A stretch of 64,000 nt of DNA. It comes from the human T2T-CHM13v2.0 reference genome, Homo sapiens. Location: assembly GCF_009914755.1 (NCBI RefSeq), contig NC_060926.1; one strand, 5' to 3'. Shown one piece after another: positions 18,474-31,917 of this stretch; the stretch's first letter is position 1; the number at the start of each line of letters is the position of its first letter. The position numbers and the translations under genes were made by a program. The notes below the pieces were generated by a model, which saw only the letters and a program-made list of their open reading frames with translations, ran no database searches and was not told where the DNA came from.

Positions 18474-19780
18474 ACTGACATAAATATGTTGAATCATTCC
18501 CTCATTCAAAAGGGGTTTTCCATCTAATGGATGTAGATGTTATGAGTAGAGAATCAGAGACCCCACTGCTGTGGAAGCAGACCCTCCAAATTAGGGCAAT
18601 TTTTCTACTGGAAGGTTTTGAAAGCTTCAACAGGCCACAATAGTTTCATTTGAGACAAACTCTAATTCCATGTAATATATGTGTAATGTGTGATGTGCAA
18701 AGTGTGTTTGTGTGTGTGTGTCTGCGTATGCATAGACACATCCGTGCATGTCTGTTTATCTCATAGGGATCTTGGTTTTACACCCAAGAAAAAAGTATGG
18801 CTTCTCTTAATTCTGCTTCTTCTTACCAGCCCTTAGAATTCAACCTGCTTCCTGTCACAGAAAGGTATATGACTATCTTAAAATATGATTTTATTAGCCC
18901 CCTTTTTCTCTATTATGATCTTGGAAACTTGTCATTATTATTCAGATTAGCTTTACTACTGTATTAATGAGATAATTAATGTATGTAAGGATGTATGTGT
19001 GAGTGTCAGTGTGTGGGTATTTGCATGCATAATTTTGTTTTTTTCTTGAATTTCACTGAACAGATTTGTCATTTACATCATTTGGATACATAATACATTC
19101 CATTTGTGTAAGTGTTTTTTTTTTTTTTTTCATCTTTTGAAAATTAACAATGGCTATCTGGAGCCAAAGATTTTACCAGATAGAAATAAGGTTTCTCTTT
19201 ATTATAGAATTGACATTTTCAATTTTTATTATAAAAAGCAAATTGAAGTCTTTAATTGCCTGGGTTTTATGAATGTATTGAATTTTCTAATTTCAATGTT
19301 AATGGATACATATTTCTTTCTAGATTTCTTTTCTTTTAAATAATAAGCAACTGGTTTGACATGCCTTTAATCAAGATTTATCATGACCTTATTAGAAAGT
19401 TAATGTTTGGAACATTTACTCTCTGATGAACCACCAATTTTGTATTTTACATTTATCTGCAATTTCCAACAGTGAAGAGGTTGTCTGCAAATGGAATTAA
19501 TTCTTCTCCATTTGGTTATCATCTCCTTTGCTCCAATCCCTGGTAATAGCTAAGCTTGTTCAAGATATTAAAGAGGTAGATCAAGGATCTAAATGGTAGG
19601 GAAAATTTTCAATTTCTTAAATTTCATTTATTATGTTGATAAATCTGGCCTCTTTGATAGTTTGTCATTTTCATAGAATTGATTATTCATTAGCACCATT
19701 GCAGACCATATAGCTACCATCTTTGCTTAGGTTTTCTAGCCTCTGGATCTGATTGAGAAAGGAAGACATTTGAAAGCATA

Positions 19781-20097
19781 TCTGAGTACACATGACTCAA
19801 TCATTGATTATGTCAATTTATATCTACACATGGAAATACATATATATGTGTATATATATGTGTGTGTGTGTGTCTATATTGCAGTTAATGTAATGCTTCA
19901 TGGAGTATATACTTTAGTATGTCAAAATGGTTATATTTCAGAACTCCTTTCCCTTAGAAATATATTGTTTGAAGTACATTGTTATTGAACTACAGTATCT
20001 ATTCAGAAAAGTAGAAGACTCATAAGTGTAAAGCTAGAATAACTTTCTTAAAGTGAATGTACATATGTAAACAGAACATAAACAAAGTCATAAAACA
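19781..20097 (+). repeat. Donor copy of the inverted duplication: unique sequence + (TA)(TG) tract + start of an old antisense L1 3' end
   Basis: Matches the reverse complement of 15784-16113; the L1-like sequence runs on past 20097 here. Confidence 0.95.
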
Positions 20098-20172
20098 AAA
20101 TTACTAGTGCCTAGAATCACCCTTATATTTCCTACCAGGCACTCACTTCTTACAATTACAACTTTTGACACC
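19965..20172 (-). mobile_element. L1MD/L1MB-type 3' end
   Basis: 'ttattgaac..cagaaaagt..cataagtgtaaagct..aaagtgaa..catatgtaa..attactagtgcctagaatcaccctt'. Confidence 0.65.
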
Positions 20173-20173
20173 A

Positions 20174-20927
20174 TGTATTATGACTGAACTTTTGTGTACT
20201 TCCAAACTTCACATGTGGAAATCCTAATACCCAATGTGATGGTATTAGGAGGTAGGGCCTTAGTTTTAGGTAATGAATGTGGATCCCCCACGAATGATGC
20301 TGTGCCTGAATGTTGGTGTCCTCCCCCAATTTGTATGTTGGAACATAATATGCAATGTGGTAATAGGTAAGGGAAAGTAATTAAGGGAAAGTAATTAAGT
20401 CATGGGGACTCTACCCCCATAAATGGGATTAGTGCTCTTATAAAAAAGTTTAAAGGAGCATTCTGGTTTCTTCCATGCCTTCCAGCATGTGAGGACACAG
20501 CATTCATCCCTTCTACCATGTGAGGATATAGCAAGGGTGTGCCATCTATGAGGAATGGGCCTTCGCCAGACACAAAACTTGTCAGTGCCTTCATCTTGGA
20601 CTTTGCAGACTCCAAAACTGTGTGATATAAACTTCTGTTATTTATACATTATTCATTCTAAGATATTTTGTTATAACAGCTCAAACGGACTAAGACAAAT
20701 GAAAATTGCCCTTATAAGAAGATAAACCACGGCTTCTTTTCTTGGTGTTTGGTTTTCAACATGTGAGGACACAGTAAAAAGACATCCTTCTGCATACTAG
20801 GAAGAAGGCCATAACCAAAATCCAGCAATACTGGCAATCTTATCTCAGACTTCCCAACCTCCAGAACCATGAGAAATACATTTTTGTTGTTTAAACTATC
20901 CAGTCTATGGTATTTTTGCTATAGCAG
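20174..20927 (+). mobile_element. MaLR LTR (MLT1A/MSTD-like), split by a nested MaLR LTR
   Basis: 'cccaatgtgatggtattaggaggtagggcctt' resumes at ~20703 'gcccttataagaaga..ctccagaaccatgagaaata..ccagtctatggtatttttgctatagcag'. Confidence 0.8.
20298..20697 (+). mobile_element. Nested MaLR solo LTR (MSTC-like)
   Basis: TG...CA termini; perfect 5-bp TSD aatga at 20293-20297 and 20698-20702. Confidence 0.88.
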
Positions 20928-20929
20928 GT

Positions 20930-21675
20930 CACTGGGAGGATTCCCCTTCAATGGAATTGAATGCAATTCAGCTTAATCAGTGTTCAAGATATAGCGCTGT
21001 TTCTCTGATTACCAGGATTCAGGGGTTCAGACGGAAATTGGAGTGGTGGTAACATTCATTATTACCTCTACTGACCTACAGGCAAAAATTTTGTTTCCTG
21101 TTCCTGTGACTTTATGCTCTGCTAGCCTAAAGGTCTTAATTCCAGAGGGAGGGATGTTTCCAGAAAAAGACACAACAATGATTGTATCAAACTGGAAGTT
21201 AAGACTGACACCCAGCAATTTTGGGCTCCTCCTGCCTCAGTCAATAGGCTAAGAAGGGAATTACTTTGTTGGCTGGGACGAATGATCCCAACTACCAAGA
21301 AGAATATGGACTGTGACTCTACAATGGTGGGGAGGAAAAATATGTATAGAATAATAGAAATCTTGTACGGATTCTCTTATTATGACTGTGCACTGTAATT
21401 AAGATCAGTGAAAATCGAAAACAGCCCAATTTAGGCAGGACTATGATTGGCCTAGGCCCTTCTGGAATTAAGGTTTGGTTACCCTGCCAGGTAAAAAATG
21501 ACAACCAGCTAAGATGCTTGCTGAAGGCAAATGGAATACAGAATGAGTTGTAGAGGAAGGTAGTTTGAAATACCAGCCTTGATGATGTGACCGGTTTCCA
21601 AAAGGAGGACTGTCATCATCATGAGTATTCCCTTCTTATTTTGTTATGAATACAGTTGTGTTTATACACAAATAC

Positions 21676-21707
<32 letters not shown>

Positions 21708-22027
21708 GTATATATGTAAAGCAAATGCCTTTGATTTATTTTCTCTGTTATTCTATAATAATTTAAAATAAAACATATTGACTTTATATTAGTATTTAAA
21801 TATTGTCAATGTTACATCATAGTATTTAAGTTACGGGATGTCAGGAGAGGAGTAAACATCACTCATTTACTTTACTTTCTCTTGTGTGGAGATCAATGGA
21901 TTTTTTGTTGTATGCAGAATAGCTGCATCATGTCAGGAGGAATTATGACCATTTTCCTGTCTTAATTTGGAGATTAAGTATGGCTTGAGGAGATGTGTAC
22001 ATGTGCCCAGTTGACAAGGGGTCTTCT
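20930..22027 (+). mobile_element. ERV-L internal 3' region (pol 3' end/dUTPase-like remnant), ending in a polypurine-like tract
   Basis: ORF 21043-21252 'LFPVPVTLCSASLKVLIPEGGMFPEKDTTMIVSNWKLRLTPSNFGLLLP' is typical of ERV-L; 'gttgacaagggg' directly precedes the LTR. Confidence 0.85.
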
Positions 22028-22556
22028 TGTTATGGTTCATTTAATGTGTTGACCTGGACTGTGCTAAGGGATGCTCAGATAACTAGTGAATCATTATTGT
22101 GGGTGTTTCCATGAGGATGTTTCTGAAATAAATTAGTATATGTATTGGTGAACTGAGTAAATGTAAATGCCCCTGCTCAATGTAAATGGGCATCATCTAA
22201 TCTGTTGAGGGCCTGAATAAAATAAAAAGGCAGAGAAAGGGTGAATTCACTCTCTATGCTTCAGCTGGGACATTCGTCTTCTGCTGCCTGTGAACATAAG
22301 TGCTCTGGTTCTTAGGCCTTTGCATTTGGACCGGGACTTACACAGTGGTTCCTCTGGTCACTGGGCCTTCATACTTGGACTTTGTCATTTAACATCAACT
22401 CCCCTGATGCTCAGGCCTTTGGACTTGGACTGAAACTATACCACTCTCTTTCTGGTCCCCCAGCTTGCAGATAGCAGAACATAGGACTTCTCAACCTCTG
22501 TGATTGTGTAAGCCAATTCCTTATAACAAATCTTATATAGCTAGACATAGATAGAT

Positions 22557-22600
<44 letters not shown>

Positions 22601-22678
22601 CATAGATGATAGATAGTAAGTAGATAGTAGATAGATCGATCTTCTCTTGCCCCTTTTTCTCTGGAGAATCCTAAGACA
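22028..22678 (+). mobile_element. MLT2 (ERV-L) 3' LTR, MLT2C/D-like
   Basis: 'tgttatggttcatttaatgtg', 'gggcatcatctaatctgttgagggcctgaata', 'ctctggagaatcc'. Confidence 0.88.
22542..22636. repeat. Compound (GATA)n tetranucleotide STR, perfect core (GATA)11 at 22557-22600
   Basis: Direct reading. Confidence 0.95.
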
Positions 22679-22679
22679 A

Positions 22680-22932
22680 CTGGTTGAACATCTTTTCATG
22701 TGCTTGTTTACCATCTGTAGATCATTTTTCAGTGAAATGTCTGTTCATACCTTTTGACCATTTTCCAGTTAGGTTATTATTAATTTTTTACAGTTGACTT
22801 TTAAGACTACTCTACATGTTCTGGATATAAATCCTTTGTTAGATACATGGTATACAAATATTTTCTCCCTGTCTGTACCTTGGTTTTCTTCCTCTTAAAA
22901 GAATCTTTAGACTTTGATGAAATCTAATTTAT
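22680..22932 (-). mobile_element. L1M fragment (possibly a continuation of the L1 at 19965-20172)
   Basis: 'gttgaacatcttttcatgtgcttgtttaccatctgta..gtgaaatgtctgttca..ctggatataaatcctttgttagatac'. Confidence 0.75.
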
Positions 22933-24444
22933 AGGTGTGACCATTCGTGCAGTACCCCAGTATGTTGTTATGCTATGACTAACCTGCAGTAAAATCCATC
23001 TACCCAATTTATAATTTCATTTATTTTGTTTTTTCAAAATTTCTAGTTAAAACAATAAATTCTAATATTCTAATGAAATCATTCACTTTTTTCTCTTATC
23101 TGCCATTATTTGCCTTCCAACTATAATATCTGGAATACCTCAGCTCTGTTATTATTTTATTTGTTAATCTTCCTTTTGGTTATAGGATTCTGTCTTTTGG
23201 TAGGAGGAAGTTTTTGACGAAGGCAAGGTATTAGTTATAAACGAAGTTACACACTCCATGTGGTAATATTTTCCTGCACACATAGTTTCGAATTTCCTCT
23301 GCTAAGCAGAGAGAATGAGGACTGTTCACTTTAATCTTAACAGAGAGACTGATTTCAATAGGAGCTTCATTGCACTTTTTGTAAAGCTTGGTAGACTTCT
23401 GCTTTGACACTGATCCCAGGGTACATACTTTCAACTACAGTGTGACTGAGTCTAGACCTTACAACTGAGAGCCTGGTATCATAACTGAGTTCCCTTCACT
23501 GGCTGGTCCTCAGCTTTCCTTTTCATCTCCTGAGCAAAAATAAATTGCAGAAAACTTTACACCACTTTACAGAGAATATCAGCTTAGCTTTTCAGCACCT
23601 TGCTACTTGTAGCTTCAGAATTTGGCAAACTTTTTGAAAATAAAACAATACACATTCAATGCCCAGTTTTCTGCTATTTAATATGTTGAACATTTTGTGC
23701 CATAAAGCTTTCAATTTTCTCTCTAGTTTGTTGACACTGACAAACACTTTGCTTATACCTCTGTCTTTCAGCAACCATTCTGCCTGAGCAAAGACTGGAT
23801 TTTGAGCTCTCAGTCCATTTATGACAAAATGGACTCCTGAGGTAAAAGTATCTACTCAACTCTCAGTGTTTCTTCTCTCTCCCAGAATCTTGAGCACTCT
23901 GGTCTTGTTTCTGTATTAGTTCCCTAATGCTTTTAAGAAAAAGTTATTTATATTTTATGTAACTTTTCTACTGTCTTTTTCTCTGTGAAGCATTGGTTGG
24001 CTTTGAGATACTTTATTTTTTTGTCTTTTTGAAGTACTTTTAAAACACTGAAGCACGAAAACAGAGGCACAATCAGTTTTGTTCATAGTTGCATCTTGCA
24101 CAAGGATACTCGTATTACATAATAAATTTGGAAGATAAATTTGCTGTTTTCAAATAAGTAACAGACTGCTTTTGTGGAATAAAAAAGTGGAAAATTTGTT
24201 TTTTTTGTGTGTATTCACAGAGTCGTTTCTATATTTTATCTAAATTTGTATATTCTAAGTAGAATTGAATGGACAAATCATTTGTTTTGTCCATTATTCA
24301 TATAATGGACAAATAATTAATCATTGTGTCAAATCATTTGAAGTCAGTAACAAATTTCCTGATTAAATTTTGTTTGCTGCTCTACACTTGAATTTTTAAT
24401 AACTTTCCAGCTATTAAATTGCTATGTTATAACATCATTTTGAA

Positions 24445-25310
24445 TATTATTGATAAGGATCTTGTTACAAACTGCAGAAATGTTACTAGGTAAAATGAGT
24501 GTTTGGCCTAGCCACCACATATGCAATTTAGAACAATGTGATTTCCATTCGTTCATAGAGGTGCGATCCCCACCTCTAGCCAAAGATCCACAGCCACGCA
24601 GGGTGCATGGTGGCTCCCCTTCTCACCCCCCTTCCCTCCTGGATGGGGTGCTTGGGCGGATCCACGGCACACACCTGTGTCTGCACATGTGGGGCGAGGG
24701 GTATGTTTGCAATGGCCATGCAGGGTGGGAGAGAACTGTGGCTGCTGCCCAGGCCCCAGGGCAGTCTCAGGGGCCAGGGGCCTCACGTGGCTAGTTGGCC
24801 AGCATGTCCCACCCGCCATCCCCTCCTGCCATGTGCCCATAGAGTCTTTCCTCCCCGGGCGAGAGGTCCGGCTTTGTCCGAGCCAGAGGAAGGATACAGT
24901 GATTTAAGGAATCCATTTGCATAGAGGAAGAGGTTCTTCTCCACCTAAATCGATTTTTTTTCTTTTTCCTTTTCTATGTGAGAGGTTTCTTTTCCTACCT
25001 CTGCACTCTGCTTATGATAGGAAAGCAACAGAGGAGCCATCCCACTGGCTAATAACGGCAAATTTGGCAAAGTCTGTCTGGGACTTAATCTAAATAAATC
25101 CATGCATCCCCCGAGACACCTTTTTGTCCCAAACTCAATTACAAACTTTGGTTGAAGCCCTAGAAAGGAAAACCAGATCTGAGGGATCCAAAGCCAGGCA
25201 ACAGGCACAGAGTAAATGGGCAGGACTAATTCCTGTTGATTAAGCCCCTGCTTCATGGAAGGAGGCCATGTTCCATGTCATATATAGATAAGGCCTAGGG
25301 AACTCAAGAG
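24445..25310 (+). mobile_element. ERV1 internal leader fragment without LTRs (MER52-int-like), GC-rich
   Basis: 'tgcttatgataggaaagcaacagaggag', 'cacctttttgtcccaaactc', 'gaagccctagaaaggaaaaccagatctgagggatccaaag', 'tagggaactcaa' match recalled MER52/MER4-group leader sequence. Confidence 0.65.
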
Positions 25311-25354
25311 ATTTCATGACTATGAATTACAGTAAAAAATAAGTACTCTTGCAA

Positions 25355-25530
25355 AACACAGTTGGATTGTTTGTAACACAAAGAATAAATGCTTGAGAAG
25401 ATGGAAACCCTATTCTACATGACGTGATTATTTCACATTGCATGCCTGTCAAAGCATCCCATGTACCCTATAAATATATACACTTACTATGCACCCACAA
25501 AAATTAAAAATAAAAAGTAAAAATTTAGAA
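25355..25530 (+). mobile_element. L1MA1/2-like 3' end
   Basis: 'ttggattgtttgtaacacaaag..ataaatgcttgag..cattgcatgcctgt..tatgcacccacaaaaattaaaaataaaa'. Confidence 0.85.
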
Positions 25531-25800
25531 ACAAACAAACATACAAAAACCAAAACACATCATACTTCAGTTTTGAAACATTAAGGTCCCAATTATGTTT
25601 ACTCAAAAATAGGTTTTTAATTTGGTAGTTTTTTTATTTTTGAGTGTGAATATAAGGCCAAGCTTGCTTCTATTCTTATAATTTGAGAATTTAACAAGCA
25701 TTGTTTATTTGTGGACGTCAAACTCTTTTTTATTTGACATATACAATATAATATATATAATTATAATATTATATATTATAAAATCTCTACTAAATAGATA

Positions 25801-25925
25801 TATTTAGTAGAGATGGGGTTTCATCATGTTGGCCAGGCTGGTCTCGAACTCCTGACCTCAGGTGATCCGCCCACCTCAGCCTCCCAAATTGCTAGGATTA
25901 CAGGCATGAGCTACTGCGCCCAGCC
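25801..25925 (-). mobile_element. AluS left monomer only; right arm missing from the central linker onward
   Basis: 'tttagtagagatggggtttcatcatgttggccaggctggtctcgaactcctgacctcaggtgatcc...cagcc' (S-type, not FLAM). Confidence 0.9.
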
Positions 25926-25944
25926 CCTCACTATCTTTATGAGC

Positions 25945-26090
25945 AGACACAACAAAGATTTATTGAGTAAATACTATGTTCAGGGCACTATTCCATGTAC
26001 TAAAGGATTTTTAAAGATAAATAAGACATGGCTCTTATCTCTGAGGTGTTCACATTCTCATGTGAATAGGACAGGCTTATATACAATAGT
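25945..26090 (-). mobile_element. L2 3' end
   Basis: 'caacaaagatttattgagtaaatactatgttcagggcactattc'. Confidence 0.65.
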
Positions 26091-26289
26091 CTAACACGAG
26101 GCATTATGTGAAAAGTATATTTCTTCGCCTCTTCTCACTGCTTAGAAAAGTGTCTAGAACATAGCGTGCACTCAATTAATACTTTCTATTAGCATTAATA
26201 TTAATCTTGTCATCATTGGAAAAGATATAATAGGAACTGACACTGGAGAAATAAGTCAGGTCCAAATTATAGAAAGATTACTATGGTAG

Positions 26290-27025
26290 TCAAAATCCCC
26301 CACTTCTCATCTCCACTGACACTCCAACCTTGATCTAGATGTGGTTATACCTCCATAATCTCTCACTTTGCCGCACAGTCTCCCCATTGGTGTCCTTGAC
26401 TCTTAATGTGCACTCCTCCATGTTCAAAAAACAGAACCATTCTTAAAATATAAGTCAAGTCATATGATACTTGTGCTCAGAATCATCAATGGATTCCAAA
26501 TTAGATAAAAGTATAAGCAAAAAAGCCCTATTTTGTCCTAAAATGCCCTACAGATCTGTGTTCCCACTATTTCTCTGACTTCGTCTTTTACTCCTCTCTT
26601 CTTTATTTTTCTCAAGTTACAATGCCCCATTGGTATTCCACAAAAACGGCAAACATACTTCTATCTCAAGTCCTTTGCCCTTGCTATTCCATCTCTCTGG
26701 AAAAACTCTTTACCCAAATATCAGCATGACCAACTCCTTCATTTAGTCCAAGTCTCTGTGCAAATACCTCTGTATCAGAGAGTCTTTACCTTATCATCCT
26801 ATGTAAAACAGCACTCCAAATGACCCTCTTTAAATTTTCAGTATGCCACTCATCACCACCTCAAATATTGTATTCACTGTGTGTTTTACTTTAACTCTTC
26901 CCCAACCCTAGATTATAAACTCTGTGACTGAAACCGTAACTATTGTTTGCTACTATATTATCAGCAGTAGAACAGTGCTTGACTCATAGTGAGGTCTTGA
27001 TGAATTTGGTTGAATGAATCACTTA
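26290..27025 (+). mobile_element. L2a 3' region
   Basis: 'cacttctcatctccact', 'aaatataagtcaagtcat', 'cctttgcccttgctattcc', 'agaacagtgcttgactcatagt..gttgaatgaat'. Confidence 0.8.
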
Positions 27026-27809
27026 ATCAATTGTCCCAACTTTATAAACTCAAGTTTAAGGTATCTGAAAATTCTAGTCTAATCCCAAACCATATTGATG
27101 TATTGGTCCTTATTTAAACCCTTAAAAAATAGGCATTAATTGCTTTATCATGCAGTCTCTTTTAATTAGTGTAATTTTGACTAGATTGATATGCTGGTTT
27201 AGTAATTACTTTGTGATTTTATATGTATATGTTACATGCTTGGATTATAATAGAAATGCTAGATTTTAAAGTTACTGAAACCTATAAGAAAGCAGTTTTG
27301 TCTTATTTTTTTAAATATAACTCAGCCATCTTTTCTGTACACACACATACACACACAACCTCATAGATGTGGTTTTACCAATATCAATTTAAAGAAGGGC
27401 ACTATGATGTTTGTTTTAGATCTGTACTTCCTAAATTATCTGTAGTCTAAGAACAGTTTTTCTCTCCATCTACCATGGATTCACACTTTTATAAAATAAA
27501 ATAATTCATTAATATAAACTTAATAGAGAAAAGCAAAGACATGAGTCAAGTCTATGTTTTAAATGATTAGATTCAAGAGACATAAAGTTTTCTGTAAACA
27601 TTTCTTTTTTAACATTCTGTTTCAATTTATGTACTTATCACAAACCAGAATCAAACAATTCCTGGATTAGCACTGGTATCCAGACCTAAATTTGAGTAGC
27701 ATTGCTTTATATATTAAATTTCGAACACCTCTCTACAAAGTATTTATATTCCAGCTTTTTTAAAAGTAAAAACTGACTATAAGAGAAGTTAACGTAATAC
27801 AGTAAAGAC

Positions 27810-29100
27810 TATTTAACAGGAACATTTGATGAAGTAGATCATTCCCGTCTTCTAAAAACTTTCACTTTCTTTGTTTTTCATTACACCTTGTTCTTCTGAT
27901 TTGTGTTTTTCCCCTCTGATTTGTTTCTTTTCTGTTTCCTTCACTTCTTCTTACTTATCCAAAGATTACAGTATCTTTGAAATATGTTTTGAACTCTCGT
28001 CTTTTCTACATCAAAATACACTTCCTGGCTCCAATTGTGAACTATAAAACATTGATTAAAAATGTATATCTAACTTCTGATCTCTCTGCACATTGTCACA
28101 TTTGACTACTGTATTAATCATTTTTTTAAATGTTATGTATTTTATGATGTGTTGACATCTTACAAAGGCTACTAGCCATGTAAAGACTGCCAGGGCCAGG
28201 GCTAGCCAATTCTTTGAGTTAGTAAAGGGCCAGGTTGGGAGCATGTCTTGCATGTGCAATCGAGCCAATCTTTGGTCTATAGACCAAAGTCTATAGCTCC
28301 ATTCACAGCCTTGTCTAACTCTTTACACACCAAGCCAAGATTTACCTTGCCCTAAATCACCTAGGGCCAAATATAAAAAAAAACTGGAGACCGTCTTTAT
28401 ACCTCAAGGCCCTTTCAAATTATTCAAACCAGCCAATATTAAGTTGTTTATTCTGTCCGGCCTTGCTTTTCCCATAGAAACCCCCATAAAGACTCTGGCT
28501 CTGGATTCCCTTTGCTTCTATCTTTTTCCATGTGAGAAAAGCCTAGCCCTCTGTGGTCCTCTGTGACATTTGGCGACCCTACTCTGTTGGACCTGTAAAT
28601 ATAATCAAACCTCTTCCTTCTAGGCCTTGTTCTTGTTTTCCTTTGCAGCTACACTGACTGTACCACACCACATTTTTCGAACTTTTATGCGTGCCCATAT
28701 GCCTCACAAACATATATAATTCAACATACCCACTATTGAAATGAACATTGTCTCTTCAAACGTTTTCCTTCTGTTAATATTTCCTACATCAGCAAATGGA
28801 AACATACTCTTTCAATAAACACAATTGGGAAACTTTAAAGTCATCCTTGACTAGCCTAGTTTATCCATTTATCTTTTATTATTCAATCAATTGGTAACAA
28901 AGTTCTGCCTCCAAAATGTATCTCAAATATCATTTACTTCTCTATCATTTTTACAAATATCAGTATAGTCCAGGACACAATCATCTCCATCATGAAGTCC
29001 TGACTGGCTTCCCAGTTTCTGCTCTTACTCATCATTCTGATCTATCTTCCACTAACTGCCACGTAATCTACTTTTTAAAATAGGGTAAGATTGTATCTTG
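27810..29100 (+). mobile_element. L2 internal fragments flanking the MER74 LTR
   Basis: Pyrimidine-rich L2-like sequence; 'gtcatccttgact', 'ttctgcctccaaaatgtatctcaaat'. Confidence 0.55.
28110..28683 (+). mobile_element. ERV-L solo LTR (MER74-like)
   Basis: Starts tgtattaatcat; 'agggctagccaattc', 'gccctaaatcacc.agggcca', 'aaattattcaaaccagccaat'. Confidence 0.7.
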
Positions 29101-29289
29101 TTTTCCTGAGACAATTGTAATTTTCATCTATTATCTCATATAGTGATTAATGGTACCCCTTCCTTTCTATTAAGTGAGACAGTATGTACAATATATTCTA
29201 TCTTCACGCTACCTAATAGTCATTAAAATAATTTATTGAGCCATGACAAAGTAATTGGCTCCAGAATAGTTTCATTCTCTTAAAAAACT

Positions 29290-30447
<1,158 letters not shown>

Positions 30448-30638
30448 TTTTGTTGTTTTTAATTGTTTTTAGACTTTTCTTCTATCCTTTTTTTTTCAAC
30501 TTTTATTTTGAGTTCAGGGGTATATGTGCAGGATGTGCAGGTTTGTTACATAGGTAAACATGTGCCATTGTGGTTTTATGCACAGATCATCCCATCACCT
30601 AGGTATTCGGCCCAGCATCCATTAGCTATTTTGCCTGA

Positions 30639-31034
<396 letters not shown>

Positions 31035-31549
31035 CTCAGCTCCCACTTATAAGTGAGAACATGTGGTGTTTGGTTTTCTGTTCCTGCATTAGTTTGCTGA
31101 GGATAATACCTTCCAACTCCATCCATGTCCCTACAAAGGACATAATCTCATTCCCTTTTTATGGCTGCATAGTATTCCATAGTGTATATGTACCATATTT
31201 TCTTTATCCTGTCTACTACTGATGGTCATTTTGGGTTTATTCTATGTCTTTCTTATTGTGAATAGTGCTACAATGAACATATGTGTGCATGTATCTTTAT
31301 AATAGAATGATTTATATTCCCTTGGGTATATACTGAGTGATGAATTGCTGGGTCAAATTGTATTTCTGCCTCTAGATCTTTGAGGAATTGAAACACTGTA
31401 TTCCACAGTGGTTGAAATAATTTACATTCCCACCAACAGTGTAAAGGCATTTCTTATTCTCAGCAACCTTGGCAGCATCTGTTTTTTTTGTTTGTTTGTT
31501 TGTTTTGACATTTTGATAACAGCTATTCTGCCTGGTGTGAAATGGTATC

Positions 31550-31917
31550 TGTATTAGTCCATTTTCATACTACTATGAAGAAATAAATGAGACTGGATAA
31601 TCTATAAAGAAAAAAAGGTTTAATGGACTTACAGTTCTGAATGGCTTGGGAGGCCTCACAATCAGGGTGGAAGGAAAAGGAGGAGCAAAGGCTTGTCTTA
31701 CACGGTGGCAGGCAATGTGAGAGAGCAAGTGCAGGGAAACTGCCTTTATAAAACCATCAGATCTCATGAAACTTATTCGCCAACATGAGGACAGCATGGA
31801 AAAAAACCCACCCCATGATTCAATTGCTTCCCACCGGGTTCCGCCCACAACACGTGGAGATTATGGGAGCTATAATTCAAGATGAGATTTGGGTGGGGAC
31901 ACAGCCAAACCATATTA
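31550..31917 (-). mobile_element. THE1 (THE1C/D-like) solo LTR in L1 ORF2
   Basis: tgtattagtccattttca...gggtggggacacagccaaaccatat; 5-bp TSD gtatc at 31545-31549 and 31918-31922. Confidence 0.92.

Noticed and set aside
19770-19988. Duplicated small protein shared with 16002-16208 and 15839-16084
   Set aside because: The shared peptide only reflects the DNA duplication. It has a non-ATG start, reads through a microsatellite, and the frames diverge between copies.
24450-25256. Cluster of overlapping ORFs as a gene or CpG-island promoter
   Set aside because: Long ORFs are expected in GC-rich sequence, the region matches an ERV1 leader, and CpG density is modest.
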